Assembly: GCA_049303675.1 (NCBI GenBank)
Contig: JBAQNJ010000001.1
Span: 956,001 to 998,299 of the forward strand
Length of the DNA: 42,299 bases
DNA from: Microgenomates group bacterium
GTDB lineage: Bacteria > Patescibacteriota > Microgenomatia > UBA12405
Direction: 5' to 3'
The notes beneath the pieces are model-generated. The model saw nothing but the letters and a program-made list of their open reading frames with translations. It was not told the DNA's origin and searched no databases. A program made the position numbers and the translations under genes. Position 1 is the first letter of the stretch. Each line of letters begins with the position of its first letter. Positions 32,401 through 38,347 of the stretch are shown here, piece by piece.

Positions 32401-32445
32401 CCTATTTTTGTGTTATAATTAGCCTAGTTTAAGTGTTTTCAAATT

Positions 32446-32931
32446 ATGACAAGTGTAAACAACAATATCAAAGTCGGTAGTTATCTCATTGATTCCAATC
32501 AGGTCTATGAAATCTACAAAATCGCCGAAGACCGACTTTATTACCGACCCGCCATTGCTGGGGGTAATCACGCCACTGTCACTGGCTCCATTCCCGCTGC
32601 CAATATTGATGCCGCTGGTTTTAGACCCCTACTCGATGCCAAACAAATCAGACAATTCTATATCGATTTAGTCAAGTCCAAACCACTGGATATCCCCATC
32701 GACTCAAAACTCTACAAAGACTTGATCATCAGCAACGACCCCTTCAAAATTATTCCCCTGCTCAAACAATTATGGAAGAGCAAAAATACCCCACTAGTCA
32801 ATTTTTCTGGGAGTAGCCGCGATACCCTTGAAGACATTATTTCCCATCTCTCTCTCGAATTTTCTCTATCAACAGATAAATCCCCAGACTCTATTCGCAA
32901 AAAAATCCTCGCCACCCTGACCAGTAAATAA
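32446..32931 (+). CDS. Probable CarD/CdnL-family RNAP-binding regulator
   Basis: The size (161 aa) and N-terminal pattern (KVGSYLIDSNQVYEIYKI...GFRPLLDAKQIRQF) resemble CarD_CdnL_TRCF. The call is from memory. Confidence 0.5.
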   Translation: MTSVNNNIKVGSYLIDSNQVYEIYKIAEDRLYYRPAIAGGNHATVTGSIPAANIDAAGFRPLLDAKQIRQFYIDLVKSKPLDIPIDSKLYKDLIISNDPFKIIPLLKQLWKSKNTPLVNFSGSSRDTLEDIISHLSLEFSLSTDKSPDSIRKKILATLTSK

Positions 32932-32944
32932 TATATACTAGGTC

Positions 32945-33355
32945 ATGAAAAAAGTAGTTGTCGGTATAATTGAACGAGAACAAGGCGGTATTAAACAATA
33001 TTTGCTAATCAGTGCTACCAAAAATTTTGGAGAATTTACGGGCTTTTATTATCCTTCAGGTGGCCACATGGAAGATGGTGAAAATGAACAGACCACTGTT
33101 ACTAGGGAAATAAAAGAAGAATTAAATTTAGATGTATTGCCCACCCAGAGAATTGCCGAAACTGCAGGTGACATCAAGGACCAAATTACCTATTGGTGGT
33201 TGTGTCAAATTACCGGAGGTGAAATACAAGTTCAGAAAGAAGAAATTGCCGATGTCAGATGGTTTTCTGAGACAGAAATTAGAAATAGCCAAAATATTTG
33301 GCCCGCTACCAAAAAGGTATTTTTAGATTTTATCTTTTCCCTGTCCCAAAAATAA
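32945..33355 (+). CDS. NUDIX hydrolase
   Basis: Contains the Nudix box GGHMEDGENEQTTVTREIKEELNL. Confidence 0.85.
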   Translation: MKKVVVGIIEREQGGIKQYLLISATKNFGEFTGFYYPSGGHMEDGENEQTTVTREIKEELNLDVLPTQRIAETAGDIKDQITYWWLCQITGGEIQVQKEEIADVRWFSETEIRNSQNIWPATKKVFLDFIFSLSQK

Positions 33356-33992
33356 GCGCCGTGGCTGTCCCCTTCACTCCTATCCCCACATAATTCCAGC
33401 GATTATTTACCTGATTATCATCATGTGGCTTGTCCCCCGCATAAATCCATTCGATCAAATGGACTCCCAACATGTGGTATCCATAGCTAATATTTTCCCC
33501 GAGCCAAGTAAACCCCAATTTGTCGTAGCCATCTTCCTTTTCCAAAAAATCAGCAAATCCCTTGTGGCCATCGGTCGTCCGAATTGAATTCAAATAGTTT
33601 GCCCTCTGTTGAGCATAATTGGCTAAGTTATCATTCCATGTTAGTCTCTGCGATCCTCGTCTCACTCGATAATCATTTAGTGCCGCTAGTATCTCTGCCG
33701 GTGTCCCCATTCGCTCATCTTGGGCCACCCTCATCGTCCATGTATGTTCATCAATCTGATTTGCCACTCCCCACTTGTCCGCCGTAGTGTCAACGAAGGT
33801 GGAAGCCCCAATGGGTTTTACCACTGTTGGCACCACTTTTTTTGTTGGAATTTGGGTATTGGTACTTGGAATTTGTTTGGAAATTGGCAATTGGTTATTG
33901 GAAATTTTTACGTCATATCCTGCTTGTGGATCCAATATTTTTTGGTTCCACCAGCTCGCCACCCAAGCCATCAAAATCAATATCCATTTCAT
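33330..33992 (-). CDS. Secreted CAP/SCP (PR-1-like, YkwD-type) domain protein
   Basis: Has an N-terminal TM or signal segment. LAALNDYRVRRGSQRLTWNDNLANYAQQRANYL...GENISYG is typical of bacterial SCP domains. Confidence 0.65.
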   Translation of the reverse strand: MKWILILMAWVASWWNQKILDPQAGYDVKISNNQLPISKQIPSTNTQIPTKKVVPTVVKPIGASTFVDTTADKWGVANQIDEHTWTMRVAQDERMGTPAEILAALNDYRVRRGSQRLTWNDNLANYAQQRANYLNSIRTTDGHKGFADFLEKEDGYDKLGFTWLGENISYGYHMLGVHLIEWIYAGDKPHDDNQVNNRWNYVGIGVKGTATALIFGTGKR

Positions 33993-34000
33993 TACCTATT

Positions 34001-34285
34001 TTACCTTACATTTTCTATCGTATTCTGAATCCACAAGTTATCCACAGCAGAATGAAATCGATAACCGTTGGCAGCACTATCTCTCAAGTCAGCTCTACCT
34101 ACAATTACCTTGCCTTCTTCTGAATGTGATCTAGTAAACAATATCTGGCCATCTTTTACTTCTCGTGTTTCCAGGGCATTGGCCGGAATTTTCCCTCCAT
34201 CTTTTTGAGTATGCCAAGCCCGAAAGGATGTTGACGGACCATTTAATCTGTACTGTGTCACTTTTAATACATCTGCGCCTGCCAT
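34001..34285 (-). CDS. Hypothetical protein
   Basis: A 94-aa ORF with no recognised motif. Confidence 0.4.
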   Translation of the reverse strand: MAGADVLKVTQYRLNGPSTSFRAWHTQKDGGKIPANALETREVKDGQILFTRSHSEEGKVIVGRADLRDSAANGYRFHSAVDNLWIQNTIENVR

Positions 34286-34350
34286 GTCAAATTATACACT
34301 AATTAACTTTTTCGTTTTTTATGCTTGGAAATTTTTTATAAATCAGTAGG

Positions 34351-34422
34351 CAGGCCCACGAGGATTCGAACCTCGAATGGAGATTTTGGAGATCCCAGTG
34401 ATAACCATTTCACTATGGGCCT
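34351..34422 (-). tRNA. tRNA-Trp (anticodon CCA)
   Basis: Manual cloverleaf: aggccca/tgggcct, D arm gtga-aatggtta-tcac, anticodon arm gggat-ctccaaa-atctc, T arm cgagg-ttcgaat-cctcg. Confidence 0.9.
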
Positions 34423-34518
34423 ATTCTCAAAGAGTCTCCTGATTTTATCAAAATATATGTATAAATGTGTAGTCAAGCATATCTATTATTATGTACCACA
34501 GTCATATACAATGTATTT

Positions 34519-35223
34519 ATGAACACCACTAACTCAAGCTTAAAGGATCGCGCAAAATTACTCAGAAAAGAGGGCCACACATATTCCCAAATCAATTCCA
34601 TTCTCGACACCTCAGTTCCAAAAAGCACTCTATCCAGTTGGCTAAAAGACATCCCCTTGTCAAAAAAAGCCGTGTCAAAAATACAAAAAATCAACAATGA
34701 CAACCTAATTAAAGCCAGAAAATCTGCTATCAATGGCAACTATCTAAAGCAACAAAAATATCTTGAATCAATCAATTTCAAAAATAAACCAGTCGCCTTA
34801 CATATAACCAACTTCGATACAGGAATGATTGCATTATCCATGCTCTGTTTGGGAGAAGCTTCCAAAGCCAAATCCAAGCACCGCAGTTTTTCATTAGGAA
34901 GTTCAGATCCACGAATAATAATTATTTTTCTTAAATTACTAAAACGTTTTTCCAATTTTGATATAACCAAAATTCGTTGCACCGTCCAATGTCGTGCCGA
35001 TCAAAACACCAAGACGTTAGAAAGATATTGGCAAAAAGTTACTCAAATTCCTTTTGATCAATTTTATTCCACCAGAATTGATCAGCGTACCATAAATAAA
35101 CCAACAAAAAATACAGAGTACAAAGGGGTATTGGTAATTGATTACTACAACAGAAATACTCAATTAATATTAGAATCTCTGGCCAACTTAGTATATAATC
35201 AACTACTTAACGAGGGCTCGTAG
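34519..35223 (+). CDS. HTH-containing protein, possibly homing-endonuclease-like; its stop codon lies inside tRNA-Ala
   Basis: Has an N-terminal HTH (GHTYSQINSILDTSVPKSTLSSWL). The C-terminal pattern LGEASKA...SSDPRIIIIFLKLLKRF...YWQKVTQIPFDQF recalls LAGLIDADG-like proteins seen next to tRNAs, but this is a weak recollection. ATG 34519 is preferred over the track start 34465. Confidence 0.45.
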   Translation: MNTTNSSLKDRAKLLRKEGHTYSQINSILDTSVPKSTLSSWLKDIPLSKKAVSKIQKINNDNLIKARKSAINGNYLKQQKYLESINFKNKPVALHITNFDTGMIALSMLCLGEASKAKSKHRSFSLGSSDPRIIIIFLKLLKRFSNFDITKIRCTVQCRADQNTKTLERYWQKVTQIPFDQFYSTRIDQRTINKPTKNTEYKGVLVIDYYNRNTQLILESLANLVYNQLLNEGS

Positions 35224-35289
35224 CGTAATGGTTATCGCGCTTCTATGGCATAGAAGAGGTTAGGGGTCCGATTCCCCTCGAGTCCACCA
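35214..35289 (+). tRNA. tRNA-Ala (anticodon GGC), G3-U70 present, encoded CCA, T-loop TCCGATT
   Basis: Acceptor gggctcg/cgagtcc, anticodon arm cttct-atggcat-agaag, T arm agggg-tccgatt-cccct, then a-cca. The final A of CCA is the A of the galU ATG. Confidence 0.8.
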
Positions 35290-36143
35290 TGAAAGTTCGA
35301 AAAGCAGTCATCGCCGCTGCCGGCCGAGGCACTCGTTTTCTACCTACAGTTAAAGCCTATCCTAAGGAATTAATTAGTATTCTCAACAAGCCTCAAATTC
35401 AATATTTGGTCGAAGAAATTATTGGCGCCGGTATCAAGGATATCTGTATAGTTCATCTCCATGGTAATCCCAGTATTAAACGCTATTTTACTCCCAATGC
35501 CGATCTCGAAGAATATTTAAAAATAAATCACAAAGAAAATTTACTCGACTCCCTGCGCTATATTTGGCAAAATTGCACCCTCAAATTTATTCCCCAGCCC
35601 CGCCACCTCCCCTATGGCAACAGTTCCCCCATTTTGGCCGCCAAAAATTTTATTGGTGTCGATCCATTTGTTTATTTATTTGGCGATGATTTGACCATCG
35701 AAAAATATGTTGGTCATTTTTTGTCAGAACTCATCCACGACTTTGAAAAAAACAATTTAGATGGCGCCTTTGCCATCCAGCCCGTCCCCCATGATCAAAT
35801 CAATCGTTATGGCTGTATCCAGTTCAAAGTTAATTCTAAAATCAAAAATCAACTCGAAAAAATTATCGAAAAACCCAGTCTCGACGAGGCACCGTCCGAC
35901 ATGGCCAATTGCGGTCGAGCAGTAGTCTCTGCCAAAATTATCCCTATCCTTGCCAAAAAACAATTAGGCAAAGGCAATGAGTTGTGGTTTGTCGATGCCC
36001 TAAACCAGTTAGCCGCCGCCGGCACAGTTGTCGCCCACAACCATTTGGATTATGATGCCCCATGGTACACCACTGGCGATGCTCAAAATTGGCTTCGGGC
36101 CAATTTGGCCATGGCCAAAAACCTTGAAATTGACATTCTTTGA
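35289..36143 (+). CDS. galU: UTP-glucose-1-phosphate uridylyltransferase
   Basis: MKVRKAVIAAAGRGTRFLPTVKAYPKELISILNKP is the typical GalU N-terminus. Confidence 0.9.
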   Translation: MKVRKAVIAAAGRGTRFLPTVKAYPKELISILNKPQIQYLVEEIIGAGIKDICIVHLHGNPSIKRYFTPNADLEEYLKINHKENLLDSLRYIWQNCTLKFIPQPRHLPYGNSSPILAAKNFIGVDPFVYLFGDDLTIEKYVGHFLSELIHDFEKNNLDGAFAIQPVPHDQINRYGCIQFKVNSKIKNQLEKIIEKPSLDEAPSDMANCGRAVVSAKIIPILAKKQLGKGNELWFVDALNQLAAAGTVVAHNHLDYDAPWYTTGDAQNWLRANLAMAKNLEIDIL

Positions 36144-36168
36144 ACTAGTAGTATACTATCCCATAACT

Positions 36169-36768
36169 ATGAAAAAAACACTTATTGTCCTCTCTCTTCT
36201 CGTTTCTAGTTTCCAGTTTCTAGTTTCCCCTGCCTTTGCCGATGACGAAGTCCGCCGATTAGTCCTCGACCTTCGGGCCAAGGGTTTTACCCAAACCCAG
36301 TGGTTTGACAACTTGTCCAGCTCCAACATTATCTTTGCCCCTGCCGACAAATTTCAATTAGAAGTCAAAATCAGTAATCAGGGTAATCGCAACCAAACTC
36401 AAGTAGTGGTCCGTCAAACATTACCTTCAACCGTTACCTCTGATTCACCTATCGAATTTACCATTCCCCAAATTGTCGCCGGTCAGGATTATGTCAAAAA
36501 CGTCACCATTACTATCAAGGACAAATCCTCTATCAATAAAGCTCTGACCAACAATTCCCTCCGCTACAGTGTCCGTTCCGAAATTGGAACCGAATCAAGT
36601 GATTTCGTCTCCTTTTTTACCAACAATGGCACCAAAGAAGCAGCTAGATCAAACACACCTGTGTTACCAAAAACCGGTACTGCGACTACCCTTCTCTTTG
36701 GATCTAGCATCGCTGCTGCCCTCGCCTTTGCTGGACTCAAGTTACGTCAGCTAGTTCGTGGATATTAA
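36169..36768 (+). CDS. LPXTG-anchored surface protein
   Basis: Has a signal peptide (MKKTLIVLSLLVSSFQFLVSPAFA) and a C-terminal LPKTG followed by a hydrophobic segment and a basic tail. The track ORF starts at 36028, inside galU. Confidence 0.8.
   Translation: MKKTLIVLSLLVSSFQFLVSPAFADDEVRRLVLDLRAKGFTQTQWFDNLSSSNIIFAPADKFQLEVKISNQGNRNQTQVVVRQTLPSTVTSDSPIEFTIPQIVAGQDYVKNVTITIKDKSSINKALTNNSLRYSVRSEIGTESSDFVSFFTNNGTKEAARSNTPVLPKTGTATTLLFGSSIAAALAFAGLKLRQLVRGY
36200..36227. repeat. Tandem heptad array, (T/C)AGTTTC x4, within the signal peptide
   Basis: Reads tcgtttc tagtttc cagtttc tagtttc and encodes LVSSFQFLVS. Confidence 0.9.
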
Positions 36769-36816
36769 TAAATAGTATTTTTTTACCCTATCCACATCCA
36801 TTACACACCCCTCTCA

Positions 36817-36845
36817 TTGACATTATAGGTCCAATCTGCTACACT
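36817..36845 (+). promoter_or_regulatory. Candidate sigma70-type promoter
   Basis: TTGACA (36817-36822), a 17-nt spacer, then TACACT (36840-36845). Confidence 0.4.
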
Positions 36846-36849
36846 ATAG

Positions 36850-37381
36850 GCTAGATTAGATTGTTAATTTTGATAATTAGCTTTCGAATCTATACCTTTA
36901 GTTTATCGCTAAAGGATCTCTCTGCAAGGGTGGGGAAAATAGTTCCCACTGGAGAGTATGGGGTTGGTGGCTCCAGTAGCTTTATTCAACTCTATTCTCC
37001 AGTGTGAACTCCGTTTCCCTGCCTGCCGGCAGGCAGGTCCTTTGGCTATAAGCCAAAATCTATTGCGATTTTTCCAACACCGCGTTGGAAAACAATCAAA
37101 ATAGACGATCTTTAACAACTTGCTTTGCTTCTCCGCCATAGCTCTTTGAGCGAAGGTGGAAGCTTTTCTCTTATTTTGTGTGATATCAGTGACGACGGAT
37201 GAACATATGGTTTTCTCCAAATCGATCCATTTAGTGACAGCATATTGACATCAATTTATTTGATGTCAGCACGCTGTCACTAGAATGAAGTACTAGTGTT
37301 TGTAATGAGGGAACAGACCTCAACTATTCTTTTAACCGCCCTATGGGCATAAACTAACACGTCCTGATCAGCGTGTTTTTT
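36850..37381 (+). ncRNA. Candidate long structured noncoding RNA or leader (~530 nt), class unknown
   Basis: No convincing ORF is present. It carries a chain of hairpins (36895-36915, 36932-36947, 36947-36977 or 36947-37004, 37018-37037, 37041-37057, 37070-37090, 37232-37282). It is bounded by a promoter-like element and a hairpin plus T-run at 37356-37381. Confidence 0.3.
37356..37381 (+). terminator. Intrinsic terminator/attenuator hairpin upstream of ORF 37415
   Basis: Stem aacacgt (37356-37362) pairs with gcgtgtt (37371-37377). The loop is 8 nt, and TTTTTT follows. Confidence 0.55.
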
Positions 37382-37414
37382 AATTCGCAAATTCGCGAAT
37401 ATAAGGAGATCTCC

Positions 37415-37906
37415 ATGACTACTGAAAATTCGACCACGAAAGTCCCGTTCCACAAGCAGCCTTGGTTTTGGCTCGCCGTTGTAGCTGCAATTATCTTTTG
37501 CTGCATCTGCCCGCTTACCCTTGCCACGGTCCGCTTCATCAACAACTCTGTTGTTGTATCTGTCGTGCCCTCCGCCACTGCAATGCCTGCCCCCGCCGAA
37601 GTTGTCATTGACCAATATGCCTGCGACAATACAGTCACATCTCACTGCCTTATGCCTGGTGAAAAATGGACTGTGCCCGCTGGTTGGAACGTATCTGGCG
37701 ACATCAAAGCCAATGGTACATCCCTCTATGACAACAATGCTGAGACTGGCCTTGTCACTCACTTCATCGTAGCAACCGAAATCGAAGCCCCTTGGGGTGC
37801 CTTCGCGTCAGCTGATCTTTCTGTTGACAATATGGTTGCAAAACTGAAGGAAAGTGGCTGCGGCAGCTCATGTAAGTGGGTTATTACCAAGACCTACCCA
37901 CAATAG
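37415..37906 (+). CDS. Membrane-anchored or secreted hypothetical protein
   Basis: The Shine-Dalgarno sequence AAGGAG lies upstream of ATG 37415. The N-terminus has a TM segment (PWFWLAVVAAIIFCCICPLTLA). The region looks GC-richer than its surroundings by eye. Confidence 0.6.
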   Translation: MTTENSTTKVPFHKQPWFWLAVVAAIIFCCICPLTLATVRFINNSVVVSVVPSATAMPAPAEVVIDQYACDNTVTSHCLMPGEKWTVPAGWNVSGDIKANGTSLYDNNAETGLVTHFIVATEIEAPWGAFASADLSVDNMVAKLKESGCGSSCKWVITKTYPQ

Positions 37907-37927
37907 CAACTGCTACTCTACCAACAA

Positions 37928-37957
37928 TTCAGAGGCCAGCATCTGCTGACCTCTGAA
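37928..37957 (+). terminator. Stable stem-loop after ORF 37415-37906 (no T-run)
   Basis: The outer stem is ttcagagg/cctctgaa and the inner stem is cagca/tgctg. Confidence 0.35.
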
Positions 37958-38070
37958 CTTGGTGGGGATTTCCCCACACCCCCACACAAAAGAGAAAAGA
38001 AGAAGCAAAGCAAGTTATAGTTATGAGGATATTATTTCTCCTCATTGATAAGGCCCGAAGGCCGAAAACT

Positions 38071-38322
38071 ATGAAATCCATTGTTATTCCCGTCTTACAA
38101 TTTGTCTTGGTCGTACTAATTGCTAGTTATTTTACTAGCAATTTTTATGATGCCTACAGAACAAATATTCGTAATACAGCTATTGATGGTTGTTACCAAA
38201 TCTCCAGCTATGAAGCCCAATACAAAGAAAATGACCGGCTTGTCACTATTACCCAACCCCAAGATTATATTTTCCAGCAATGTCTCGTCAACAAGAGTAT
38301 CTTAATTAACCCCAATCGTTAA
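38071..38322 (+). CDS. Small membrane-anchored hypothetical protein
   Basis: MKSIVIPVLQFVLVVLIASYF forms a TM segment. The track ORF begins at 38023. Confidence 0.45.
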   Translation: MKSIVIPVLQFVLVVLIASYFTSNFYDAYRTNIRNTAIDGCYQISSYEAQYKENDRLVTITQPQDYIFQQCLVNKSILINPNR

Positions 38323-38347
38323 GTAAATTTTTGTATACTAATATATA

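Noticed and set aside
36850-37381. The long structured region as RNase P RNA, tmRNA, SRP RNA or a group II intron.
   Set aside because: I could not find the P4 motif (GAGGAAAGUCC / ACAGAA), a tRNA-like end with T-loop and CCA plus a tag ORF, the SRP GGAA-tetraloop domain IV motif, or a domain V-like hairpin on either strand. This was inspection by eye only.
36909-37762. Minus-strand ORFs 36909-37220 (103 aa) and 37280-37762 (160 aa), and the nested 37354-37638.
   Set aside because: They run antisense to a well-supported plus-strand gene with a Shine-Dalgarno sequence (37415-37906), or through the hairpin-rich region. They have odd composition (Cys/Arg/Gly-rich) and no start context.
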